Below are positions 51,220-64,000 of a stretch of 64,000 bases of DNA, piece after piece. The stretch is from Octopus vulgaris. Its lineage: Eukaryota. Location of the stretch: assembly GCA_951406725.2 (NCBI GenBank), contig OX597824.1, positions 68,324,001 through 68,388,000 of the forward strand, read 5' to 3'. Position numbers and translations under genes: made by a program. The notes beneath the pieces are model-generated. The model had not been told where the DNA came from. It did no database searches and worked only from the letters and a program-made list of their open reading frames with translations. Each line of letters opens with the position of its first letter. Position 1 is the stretch's first letter.

Positions 51220-52975
51220 CACACACACACACACACACGCACTAACTCGTGTGTGCATAGAAATATACTCATACAGAGAGTGTGAAAGAGAGTGACACTA
51301 AAAATTATTCATCAAACATGATTGACATAAACACTTTCCATCTCCTCATACACATGAAGAAAAATATACTCTCATAGAGAAAGAGAGAAAGATAGGGGGA
51401 GAGTGTGTACGTGCATATGTGTCTGTGTGAGTGAAACATTGAAATAACTGTCAAATAAGTCAGCATCAAATCAGTGCTGCCAAAATAGCTCTGCCAGTCG
51501 CCTCCAAGTTCTTCCAGTACTGTTTATGCCCAAGTTCTCTGTATTTGATACTTATTATCTCCTAAGATTATCTTACTTGGTTCTTCAGATAATTATTTTG
51601 TTTCTTGTCTCTTATTTAATGCTTTTTTTCTCTTCTTACCTTGAAACACGAAATCTTCATAGTTCCTCTCTCGACTCAAACAGGAATTTTAAAATAACTT
51701 CTTTGTTTTAATATAATTCTCACACTTACTATAAGTCCCTAACTGCTAATTTTTTTCTCTTCAGTCTTTAATAGATTTTAGATTACATTTTGCTTCTTTG
51801 ATCATTTTACAGTATTCTGTTCAAATTTTCAAATTCTTTCTTTCTTTATTTATTTATTTATTCATTTTTCTTTTATTTATTATTTTTCTTTTATTTATTA
51901 TTTTTCTTTTTTTTTGTGTGATATTTTTATTTCTATAGTTTGCTTCCAAGTCAATTTTAAATTAAGTCACTCTCCTGCAGCTAAGTTTAGCACTGCTCCT
52001 GTGATCTTGTTAATCTTACGCCCCCACATTGTCCCCGGCTCATTTTCTTCCTTCTTTCATTATTAAACTGTTTTTTTTTTTTTTTCTTTTTAAACCCACT
52101 TACAGACAAGATCAAAATGATTGAACCAGATTTATGAACCTGAAAATTAATGACTTAATAAATAAACATATATATGCCCACAAATACACACACACACACA
52201 CACAGCTATATTTACACTGACATTTACACACATGAATATACATACATGCATGCAAACATTAATTAGTCAGTTTTTCTGCCCACATAAAAGGAAAAAGAAA
52301 CATAGTTTACATTTCACTGGGAGCTAAAATAGCATCACATTATTAAAAGCTACAGCCTACGTTTCACTTTAAATTATACATTTGTATGCACATATTCATG
52401 CATATATTCAGTAGTATGTTTAGATGCAGCTTGGCCAAATGTTTAAGAAGCATGCTTCACTATTACAAGGTCCGTGTTCAATCCTGCTGTATAGCATTTG
52501 GGGCAACTGTCTTTTGCTATAATCTTGGGTTCACCTGAGCCTTTAGTGTAAAACTGGTTTGATGGAAACTGTACTGAAGCTTATCATATGGATTGATTGT
52601 TTGTGTTTCTCATTCAAAGGCCCAGTTTTGTCATACTGTGTCATGCAGATTCTGCTTCAGAATTATTATTATTATTATTATGTTTACAGTTGCTTACATT
52701 TTTTATTTTTTCCGTGAATTTTTCACAGATCCAACTAACTATTATTATTAACCTTTAATCTGTATGTTTGTTTCAATCACTTGCCGAGACACACCCAGCG
52801 TCCTAGGGGCAGTAGCAAAATATCTTCATGTAATACAACTCAGACATTTAAATTGATAGAGCTTTTCTAAGTATGTGAGCAGTACTTGTCAGCACAATCT
52901 TTTGGATTTCTCTGAGACATGGTTCTTCTAGAATGTTATCTTGATGTTTCTGACATCCCTTTTTTATTATACCTA

Positions 52976-53014
<39 letters not shown>

Positions 53015-53726
53015 GAGTGATGAGGTGGTAGAATCTCTAGAGCAGCAATAAAAAATGCTTTGCGGTATTTGTTCCTGCTTTTTAAGTTTTGAGTTCAAAT
53101 TGTGCCAAGGTGAACTTTGCCTTTCATCCCACTGGAGGGATAAAGTTTCTGTCAAGTATAGGACTTGATATGAACAACTATCCCTCCCCTCAAATTCACT
53201 TAATGCTTAGCGGTATTTTGTCCATCTTTTCATTCTGAGTTCAGATTCCGCCAAGTTGACTTTGCCTTTCATCCTTTCGGGGTCTAAAACAGACTAAAAT
53301 GAGTACTAATCAAGCACTGGAGTTGATGTAATCAACTTACCCCTCCCCTGAAATTGCTGGCCTTGTGCCAAAATTTGAAATTAATTATTATTGATATTGT
53401 TTTAAATTTTGTCTTGTTATCAGGTTCAAAGCTGACTGCTTAATTATTAATTATTAAACTCGATAATGTCTTTGCCCTCTTCCACTAACTCGCCCAGCTG
53501 TCTGGAATAAGATTCCAGAACTGCAAATGGAGAGAGAGAGAGAGAAAGAGGTTGAGAGAGAAGAGCATTTTTAACCCATGCATGCTTTCCTTTCAGCTAA
53601 AAATTAAATATAACTTCCAATCCACGTCTTCTGGGTTTTTTTTGCTTTTTCTAACCCATATGCTTCTTTTTATTTTTTGTCAATATTTTATGTTTGTTTT
53701 ATGTTTTGTTCTTTTTTTATCTTGAA

Positions 53727-53830
53727 CATATTGCTTCAGCTGTGCATATACTAAAACTGGAACAATACAGGGAAGGTTTGGCCCCTGCAGAATGATGACA
53801 TGCTAATTTGTGAAGCATTCCATATTCTTT
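53727..53830 (+). pseudogene. U6: U6 snRNA pseudogene
   Basis: Near full-length colinear match to U6 (GCTTC...CATATACTAAAA.TGGAAC.ATACAG.GAAG...GGCCCCTGC...GATGACA.GC.AATT.GTGAAGC.TTCCATATT). ACAGAGA box is mutated to ACAGGGA, the catalytic AGC triad region is deleted, and CpGs have decayed. Confidence 0.88.
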
Positions 53831-54506
53831 TTGTCTAGGCCCAGCCATGATTGTGGTTATGATGCTTGCTTTGCAACTTCACAGTTCCATGTTTAGTCCC
53901 TCTGTATAGTTCAGTCTCACTGTGTGACACCTTGGGCAAGTGCCTTCTACTATAGCTCCTGGCTGACCAATGCCTTGTGAGGGAACTTGGTAGATGGAAA
54001 CTGTGTGGAAGCCTAGTGGCTGTATTGTTTACCTAGCATGTAAACACTATCATTACCACCCACATGGTGTCAGTATTAAACCACTGAAATAAACATTCAT
54101 CCACACTCTCATATATACATATAGACACATATGTACATGACGTAATAAAAATAAAGTAGAAATAAGCTATATTAAATATCTGAATGAGATTGAGTACCCG
54201 TCAAATAAATACTGGTATTAATGTCACCAACTAGCCCCCTTTTCTCACAATTGCTAGCCTTGTGTCTATGTTAGAAATATTAATATTATTTAGGCTGTAA
54301 GTTGGCAGAACTATTAATGCTTGGAGAAAATGTTCAGTAGGATCTTATCTGGTTCTTTACATTCTGAGTTCACTTACTACTGAGGTTGCCTTTGCCTTTC
54401 ATCTTTTTGGGGTCGATAAAATAAGTGCCAGGTAAGTAATGGTATTGATGTAGTTGACTTACCTTTCCCTCTCAGTTTAGTGGCCTTTTCCCTAAATTTG
54501 AAAGAA

Positions 54507-54541
<35 letters not shown>

Positions 54542-54559
54542 GTTATTATTATTATCATA

Positions 54560-54621
<62 letters not shown>

Positions 54622-57600
54622 GGTGATGACCTGGTAGAATTGTTGCATACCAGGCAAATGCTTAGTGGCATTCCGTCTGTCTTTATGTTCTAAGTTCAAA
54701 TTCTGACGAGGTCAACTTTGCCTTTCAGGGTCAGTAAATTAAGTACCAGTGAAACACTGGAGTCAATGAAATCGACTAGTCCACCCTCCCCCAAATTCCT
54801 GGCTTTGTGCCTATAGTAGAACGGGTTATTGTTATTATACATCTGAAGTGAGCTGATGTTTCTGAGGGAGCTCCACAAAATAATTTTTAAGTAGACTCCA
54901 TTCAACCTGCTAGAAACTGCAGTGAAATTCACCACCACTCAAATCACACCATCTTAAAAAAAGTGAACATGCTGGGTAATGTGCATGTAGAGGAAAGATG
55001 GAAACATTATGGCTTAAACCCTTTTGATCATTGGTTTGCTGGATTGGGAGGTCTGATTGGGTGCCAAACTCTAATAATAAATATGTATTACATATATCTG
55101 AATCACTAAGATACTCTCTTCTCAGAACAAATTACATACCACCTCCACCCAAGCTCACTTGACACACGTGCCTCTCTTCTTCCACCACCTCAGTTCTTTC
55201 TCCTTAGGATCTTCAGATTTTGAAATTTCCTTTCCTCCCTTATCAATATTTTTCTTATAGACCTCAGTTTAAGGATATATTTTTTCTGCTGAATGTCAGC
55301 TAATGAAATTTCAACAGCCTTTGAGGGCCTGTCTAGATTGTGGGAAGTGCCCCTTTTCTGTTGAACTAACTTAAGAAAAAAAAAAATGTTCAGGGAGCTG
55401 TTATTGACCCTTGTCTAGAAGCATGAGGAGTTGTAGAACATGTAGGAGTAACTATTGACTAGGCAAATAGCTTAGGGAGGGCAAACATGCAAGTGAAAGC
55501 AATTATTGTTTATGTGTATCTAGAAGCATGAAGGGCACTGCGCAAACAGGAAGGACTAGCTATTGCTAACATACGCCTGGTAACATGATCATTTTGTGCA
55601 TAAATAGAGTTAACTATTCTCTGTAACAAAGATATAGAAAGAGCTGTTGCTGTTGAACCAGGTTTGTTAGCAAGAAACTATCATCATCATTATTTCATGC
55701 CTATTTTCCATACTGGCATGAAATGGACAGTTCAACAGGGTTTGATGAGCTGCAGAGCTGCGTAAGTCCCCAGTGTTTGCTTTGGCAGGGTTTCTATGGC
55801 TGGAACCCTTCATAGCACCAACTACTTTACAGTGTGTACTAGGTGCTTTTCATGCCACTGCCAATAGTGAGATTGCCAAGTAAAAAAGAAAAAAGGAAAA
55901 GGAAAAAGCTCTCACATCTGATTAGGAGTGTATTTGAGGGTGGGAGTGATGGTTTTATGAGAGGTGTCAAAGGCTAAAGTATTGTAAAAAGACAAGTATA
56001 GGTTAGATACAATGCTTCATGAAGCATGGTAGATATAATATGGAGTTAAGTATTGTTAACATAGAACTGGAAAGATGTTGTGGACAGACATGTTAGAAGA
56101 TCTGTTAGTCCCTGCTTGGATACATAAAAAAGGAACATGTAAGAGAAACTGTGGAAACACTGTCTGGTTGCAAGGGGAACATGTAAGGCAAACAGTTACA
56201 TAAAAACATGAATGTGGTAAGCATGTAGGATAGCTGCCACTGTTGATCTACATATAGAAATATAATGGTGACTAACATGTAGGATAAGCTGTTACAATGA
56301 CACATGTATAGAAACATGAAGTAATGGATATTAATGGGTGTTTATGGATGGATCCATGAAAAATTGTTACACTTTTCCTTTTCAGTTGACTAAGTTTTGG
56401 CTTTTAAGAAGAGACATAAGTCTAGAACCATCAATTTAAGCAAATATATATTTTTTTTTATTTAACCAACCAATTCTTCTAAAGATATTTAGATAAGGAT
56501 AAGAAATAAATAAATACCAAGGATATGAGAATTTCTGGTATCACAGGATCACATGATAGTTGAAAATCTAACTTAAATATTTGTCTCTGATTGTATGGGT
56601 AAATAACAAGTGGAGCACTTGTTGATGACTTAAATGTGTAGGGTGTTGTATTATCACCCACTTCTATCTCAAAGACCTTCACTGCTAATGTTTCATTGTG
56701 CATTTGTATGTGTTTGAATGTTTATTCTTTATTCTCCTTCACTAAGTTGTCAGACAAGAATAGGTACTGAATCTCCTGAAAATGTTATTTACAATAGACC
56801 ATTTTCAAGAGCAGGATGGGAGTTGCTTGGAATTGCCTCCTCTGTGGTGTTTAATGTAAAGATATGTAGTAGCACTTGGGACTTCTTCAAAATGAAGTTT
56901 GCCTTTTAAATTTCTCAGAGCAATCTGGGTGAGTCATGAACTTAGATTGATTGGAAATCTCAAACTCTGTCAGTGATCTGGGGGAGCGCATAGCCTATAA
57001 TTAAGATTATCCATTCTCTGTGGACAGCATTTCTAACCTAGTATAGAGTGTGGTTATTGACTTAATACAAAACAAAGTTACCATATGGTTCATTCAAACC
57101 AATGAGGGAACCTGTACATGCTTGGCCTGCAAGAGGCAACAACCAACTTTCCTTCAAATTACTCATCAAATTTACAAAGGATAACAAAGTCTTAGGTTTG
57201 TTTTAGTTAAGAACATAAGCTGCTGGAAGATATTGTCCTAGCTACACTCAATGATCGATTCGATATAGATATGGTGTTTAAAGAGCAACAGCTGTAGGTA
57301 GAAGGAGGTTAGCTGAGTGGATAACTTATAGAACTGCTTCTTTGTACCTCTTTTATTCAAATGCATTACAGATCGTAGTGTCTGCAGGCAGAACATTTTA
57401 CCCAGCTGTCAGAGGTACCAGACCAATGTTGTAATGTTCAGCCTTACACTCAGACTACAGCCTGTGTGTCAGTTCAGTACTTGACTGGTACTTTATTTTA
57501 TCAACCCCTGAAAGGATGAAAGGTAAAGTTAACCATGGCAGGATTTGAACCTTAGAATGTAAAAAAGTGGGAAAAATACTGCAAAGTATTTTGTTTGATA

Positions 57601-58046
57601 TACTAATGATTCTGCCAGTTTACTGCCTTAATGACAGGTGTATCGCAAAAATCGGTTTTACTTGGAACTGCATGCATACTGCATAAAGTGCTGTCTGTCA
57701 GAGGTTCCTTGTTGTGACTTGATAGACAGCACAAATCTTCAACACACACAATGTCTTCAATAATATTAATTTTTTAAATAGATATAATGCCAGAAATAGG
57801 GAGCAGTGGTTAGCCAAATTGACCCTGATGCTTGACTAGTATTTTGCTTTTCATACCATGCCCTCCACCTGAGTTAGTAAAGTAAAATTGATTTGGTGGA
57901 ATTTGTAATCAGAATGTGGTAGGTCATTAGTATATATGGCAAGGCATTTTTGTCTACAGCCTTGCTGTTATAGATTATATTGTAATACATCATGTGCAGT
58001 TTAATATGCTCTTTTGTAATTGGATAGATCTATGAATGCTTGATCT

Positions 58047-58148
58047 AGTCTCAGGGAATAGAGAAACAGTAGGTTTTTTTGGTCTCAGGGAATGGAGAAA
58101 CAGGAGGTTTTTGGTCTCAGGGACTGGAGAAACAGTAGGTTTTTGGTC
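58047..58148. repeat. Three tandem ~31-33-bp repeats
   Basis: gtctcaggga(a/c)t(a/g)gagaaacag(t/g)aggttttt(t)g repeated three times. Confidence 0.85.
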
Positions 58149-59433
58149 ATTAATGGTATACATGAAATAGCTACAGGCTGGAGTTGAATCTGGATTCTAG
58201 CTTTTAGTCAGTTGGGTGCTTATTTCTCCCTCTAATTCAACTCTTGCAGTGTCTTATTGAAACCTACCTATTGTATGTATCTACATCTCTCTGTTTGTCT
58301 GTCCCTTCCAAGAGGGATAACTCTGATTGTATTAGATTTATCTCCCTTGGTTACTTATTTACTAATGACAGAAATATACTTTTGCGACTTTGGTAATATT
58401 GAGTAATCTTATGTATGTAATTCATTGATAGCTAAACAGTATTTTTGCTATTGATAACATATTTATTACAAATAAAAATTTTTTTTTTAATTTAAAATTG
58501 AATAAATATTTTTGTTAGATATTAGTTTTCATTTTATTATTTTGTATAACCACCTTGAAATTTGAATGAAGTAAAATTACTGTGTCCCTGTAATATTAGT
58601 TATTGCATTTGCAAAAATATATTTCCAAAATTATCCATCATGCGGTGGTTAAAATTCAAGTTTATAACAGTTTCATTTATTGGCAAATTAGAAACATTGT
58701 TGTGAAGGTGCATAGCTTAATGGTTAGAGTATTCAGTTTACGATTGCAAAGTTTTGAGTTTGATTCCCTGTGACGCTTTTTGTCCTTGTGAAAAACACTT
58801 TATTTCACATTGCTCCAGTTCGCTCACCTGGCAAAAATGAATTGTACCTGTAATTCAAAGGTCCAGCCTTGTCACATTCTCTGTCACACTGAATCTCTCT
58901 GAGAATTACATTAAGTGTATGCATGTCTGTGGAGTACTCAGCCACTTGCATGTTAACTTCACAAGCAGACTGTTCTGTTGATTGGATCAATTGGAAAATA
59001 CTTTGTTGTGACAGACAGAGTGTCAGTTAAAGAAACATTGATGCTGCTGCAGTTGGTGCAGTTTCTCCCTTGGTCATTTTAATTTAGCTGTACCTGGCAA
59101 CCACTGAGGTTAATGTAATCAGTTTGTCCTCTCTCCTCAAAAATTAATGCTATTGAATCCTGCATTGGACTAGCTTTCCATTCTGGGTGCATGTTGTGAT
59201 CTCAGTCACTTGTACACCATGTAAGCCAGCTAATCAGCTAATTGGCCTTATGAAGCCTAAGCCTCAAGAAAAGGCGCAAGAGTGGCTGTGTGGTAAGTAG
59301 CTTGCTTACCAACCACATGGTTCTAGGTTCAGTCCCACTGCATGGCACCTTGGGCAAGTGTCTTCTACTATAGCCTAGGGCCAACCAAAGCCTTGTGAGT
59401 AGATTTGGTAGACAGAAACTGAAAGAAGCTTGT

Positions 59434-59468
<35 letters not shown>

Positions 59469-62344
59469 TGTGTGTATGTGTTTGTCTCCCTAACATCGCT
59501 TGACAAGCAATGGTGGTGTGTTTACATCCCCTTAACTTAGCGGTTTGGCAAAAGAGACCTATAGAATAAGTCCTGGAGTCGATTTGCTCGACTAAAGGCG
59601 GTGCTCCAGCATGGCCGCAGTCGAATGACTGAAACAAGTATAAAAGATATATATATATATAAGGTACACAATTTTAGGGGTAACAAGTCTAGTGAGTTGA
59701 GGTGAACCCAGGTGTATAAAAAATAAAATTGAGCCTGTTAGAATTTGAATTTGGGATGTTTGTTTAATTAGATTATCAGACATAGGTTTGTGCAAACCAT
59801 GATCTTTGTAGGTTTTCTAAGATTGGTGAAGTTGATATAAGTCAGTGTTCTGTTTGACTATATCAAGATCAACATCTTCAAAAAAAAAAAAAAATAACAT
59901 GATCAGTGAGGGATTCCAAAATGTTATTGAGCTACTGAATCAGTCCCTGAAACAGCAGATCAAAGGTATTCTGGCCATATCCACCCATTGTTGTTGATCA
60001 GGCATAGTGTAATATGGACAACACTATTCAATGTGTTCTTATTTTAAGTTGGGTATAATTTGAGGAAGAGTTGACTGCTGTTTTAGCATATCAAATGGCT
60101 ATGTTTAGGCTTTCTAGTTGGTATGAACTGATTCTAGAAAGCTTCTGTGCTGGAAGGGTAGAATTTTAACAAGAGTAGTCACAGTAGGATTGATGAGAGG
60201 AAGGGAACAGTCTTTGGTAATGGGACATACACCCAGCTCACTCCATTCACTCTAGCCTTTTAATTTAACCACTTTTAATTGATAACATTTTAATAGACAT
60301 TGATGTCAGTGAAATTTTAAATGCAAACAAATAGGCACAGGAGTGGCTGTGTGGTAAGTAGCTTGCTTACCAACCACATGGTTCCAGGTTCAGTCCCACT
60401 GTGTGACACCTTGGGTGAGTGTCTTCTACAGCCTCAGGCCAACCAAAGCCTTGTGAGTGGATTTGATAGACAGAAACTGAAAGAAACCCATTGTATGTAT
60501 GTATACATACGTATGTGTGTGTATATGTTTGTCACTCAACAAGACTTGGCAACCAATGCTGGTGTGTCTACGTCCCCATAACTTAGCGGTTTGGCAAAAG
60601 AGACTGATAGAATAAGTAGTAGGCTTACAAAGTATAAGTCCTGGGGTCAATTTATTTGACTAAAGGCAGTGCTCCAGCATGGCCGCAGTCAAATGGCTGA
60701 AACAAGTAAAAAAATTAAATGCTTTTTATTATCTCTCACTGTAGACAGAAAAATTTGGGGATTTCCTGATTAGTTTCATTTCTGTTTGGGGACTCATTAG
60801 GGAATAAATAACCTTATTAATTTATTGATGTCAGTGTCTTAATTAATGTAGATTGGTGGTTACTGCTGATTTTGAACCATAGTTATCACCATAAGTTTGA
60901 CATTCCAGTAGAGATTGATTACCATCCTAATAAGAAGTAATGGTTAATTTATTGCATGACAAAATAAATCATGTTACCATTCTAAAACAGATTGAAGGTA
61001 ACATTTGGACAGCTTTTACTGTTTTACTGAATTTTGCTAGACTGTAGTTACTGCACATGAGGTAATGGGTTTGATTCCTAGACCAGGCTCCGTGTTGTGT
61101 TCTTGAGCAAGACACTTTATCTTTCATGTTACTCTAGTTCACTCAGCTGTAGAAATGAGTTGCGATGTCACTAGTGCCAAGCTATATCAGCCTTTGCCTT
61201 CCCCTTGGATAACATCACTGGCATGGAGAGAGGAGGCTGGTATCCATGAGTGACAGCTGGTCTTCCATAAAAACAACCTTGCCCAGACTTGTACCTCGGA
61301 AGGTACTTGTACCTTGTAGGTGCAATTCCATGGTCATTCATGACCAAAGGGGGTCCACTGGTTACTGCACCAACAAAAATATAATGGTTGCTACAATCAT
61401 AATATACAATTATGTGAATATTATAATACAGATCAAGGCTTTTCATCATGGTAGATTTTATCATCCTGAGATAAACAAGAAGATAGTTGCTACCTTGGCA
61501 AGGAAACTCCTACATTGCCACACAACTTGCTAGAAATAGTAGCCAAATCTCCTTCATTTCGCACGTTACTATGTTAAAAAGAGAATGACACAAGGGATAA
61601 TGTGGGCTTAGATATACTGTATCTGAAGCAAAAAAACATGAGTTGATCATGGTTAGAATGCCTTTGATTATGGATCTGCTTTGATCAGGGCTAACATGGG
61701 TTACTACCATTGCAATATGGAAGCAAGTTACCATCTCAACAGTTTACTGGTTTTAAACAGACACTTTAGTTACTAGCATAACAGAAAGTGATTGTTACTA
61801 CCATCATAATATAGACTGGTGGTGGTAGTGGTAGCAGGCATTTGAGCATAGGTAAAATCCCTATGGTATTTTAGCTACAGTTCTGAGTTCAAATCCTGCT
61901 TATCTTTCATCTTACTTCATTCAATCAAATATTAAACCAGTGGGAATACAGAAGTGATGGGATAAATTTAATATCCTACAGTATTTAGCTTCAACTCCTT
62001 TTATTTTGTGTTCAAAATTTCCCCAAGGTCAGTTTTGCTTTCCATCCTTCCAGAGAAGCTGAAACAAAGTATTAGGGGTTGATATAGCCATCTGTATTCC
62101 GCTTCCTCCTAAATTTGAGGTGTTGTGTCTAAGTAAGAGGGTGCTATTACAACAAAACAAAAACAGCCGTCATCTCAACAACTTTTACCATTCTGAGATA
62201 AACCATGATTACTAATGTAATAAAATACCTTGATTATAACTGTTCTACCTTTGTTTCAAGTTATTGCCCTAACACTAGCCATGGTTGCAACCTCTATAGA
62301 TATATATTGTAGGGTCTTCATTGGTCAATCTTGGCCATTTTTCT

Positions 62345-62575
62345 TATTTCTTTATTATCCACAAGGGGATAAACATAGAGGGGACAAACAAGGACAGACA
62401 AAGGGATTAAGTCGATTACATCGACTCCAGTGCATAACTGGTACTTAATTTATCGACCCCGAAAGGATGAAGGGCAAAGTCAACCTCAGCGGAATTTGAA
62501 CTCAGAACATAACAGCAGGCGAAATACCGCTAAGCTCTTCGCTCGGCGTGCTAACGTTTCCACCAGCTTGCCGCC
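62345..62575 (-). mobile_element. SINE family B, inverted young copy
   Basis: Reverse complement of the 6240-6465 copy. Confidence 0.8.
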
Positions 62576-64000
62576 ATTTTTCTGTGCATCTATACGGCAG
62601 CCAGAACAAGATTTCTTTGAGGAATGCAAACAGTTGCTCCATACCAATGATCTCTGTCCTAAAGAAAGGCTGCTGCCTTGGGCTGATATAATTGTATGTT
62701 GTTGCAGGCATTACTATTAGAACATAAAATACTGAATCAAATACTGCTCTACCCTCTACCATTTCTGCTAATTCATCCTTCTGGATTGAAATTGTTTTTA
62801 TTAATCTCATCTCTACTGAAAAGGATGAAAGTTAGAATTGACCTCAATGGAATTTGAACACAGAAAACAGTCAGAACAAATACCACAAGGTATTCAATCT
62901 GACACTATCAATTCTGCCAATTCACTGACTTGATAGATGTGAGACCATACTAATAAAAGCTGGTATGATTGCTGTCCTTACAGCAGCAGGGCCTGCCTTA
63001 CCTAATAGTGGTTTCAAATTTTGGTACAAGGCCAGTAGTTTTTGAAGGAAGGGGAAGTCAATTACATTGGCCCCTGTACTTGACTGGTATTTATTTTATT
63101 GACCCAAAAAGGATGAACAACAAACTCAACCTTGGTGGTGTATGAATTCAGAAAATAAAGCCAGGAGAAATGCTGCTAAGCATTTTGTCCAACATGCCAA
63201 CAGCTTTGCTAGCCCACTGCCTTAATAATCTACTATAATAATACTCTTGTGTTTTTCTCCATCACAACATATGAATGTGTTAGGAAGGGGTGATAAATAA
63301 ATAAGGAAGGAAGGGGTGGTGGCTAAATGGTGGGATGATGAACATTCAATGCTGAAAAGAAAAATCAAACAGCATTTCAACTCTGTGTATGTGTGTACAA
63401 GGGAAGTATGTGAATGTATGTGAACATTGACAAGTGTATTAATTTGATTTTCCATCCATATTTATATATAAAATACTATAATTAACTGTCATTTTTGATG
63501 GCACAGGGCCAGCTAGTAATCATAATAATCCTTTCTACTATAGGAACAAGGCCTGAAATTTTGTAGGCAGGAGGTCGCCAATAATTTACTAGTACTTACT
63601 CCATCAATCTCAAAAAGATGCCAGGCAAAGTCAACCTCGGTGGACTTTGAGCTCAGAACATAAAGATAGATGAAATGGCACTGAGAATTTTGTCCAGCAT
63701 ACTAACAATTCTGTCAGCTTGTTACCTCTTCCGACATAATAGTGGTCAAGCTAACTATTCTGTATCATCCATGGCTAGCATTGATTTTAATAGAGACCTC
63801 ATTAGTTCTTGTACCACCACAATACAGGCTGAGCATTGAGCTCTTATCAACCACTGATTTACACACAGCATGGAAAAAGTGACAAAATGTGTTTTCTCTT
63901 CAGAAATCTGTGACATCGAGTTCTTTTAACAGGTGGGATTGAGGCTTTGTAAACTCAGTCATGGTTCGGACAAATTTAACCCATTAAAAGTTGCTTTATA

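Noticed and set aside
56479-56909. ORFs as possible downstream TRIP11 exons
   Set aside because: No coiled-coil or GRAB similarity and no compatible splice sites.
58047-58148. CRISPR-like regularly spaced ~32-bp repeats
   Set aside because: Contiguous tandem copies without unique spacers, in a eukaryotic context.

Overview
AT-rich, microsatellite- and SINE-dense eukaryotic DNA. The repeat landscape resembles an octopus (coleoid cephalopod) genome; this is inferred, not verified. The + strand carries ten consecutive phase-compatible internal exons (1535-28218, including one 3257-bp exon) of the coiled-coil golgin TRIP11/GMAP-210 (Drosophila Gmap). Its 5' exons lie upstream of the window, and no GRAB-domain exon is seen in the remaining ~35.8 kb, so that stretch is read as one giant intron. 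Within it, on the sense strand, are three pre-miRNA hairpins: two MIR-216-family paralogs (mature arms at 35258 and 39700) and a canonical miR-12 (46991). This matches the Drosophila miR-283/miR-304/miR-12 cluster, which also lies in a Gmap intron. The same intron holds several structured non-repeat islands, a palindromic element with decayed Penelope-type hammerhead motifs, a U6 pseudogene and two speculative alternative terminal exons. The rest is tRNA-derived SINEs, RTE and L1/Tx1 LINE fragments, two mariner relics, TTAA-flanked MITEs, a non-autonomous Helitron and microsatellites. Most entries in the ORF track are artefacts of simple repeats. All pairings and alignments were done by eye; repeat boundaries are approximate.
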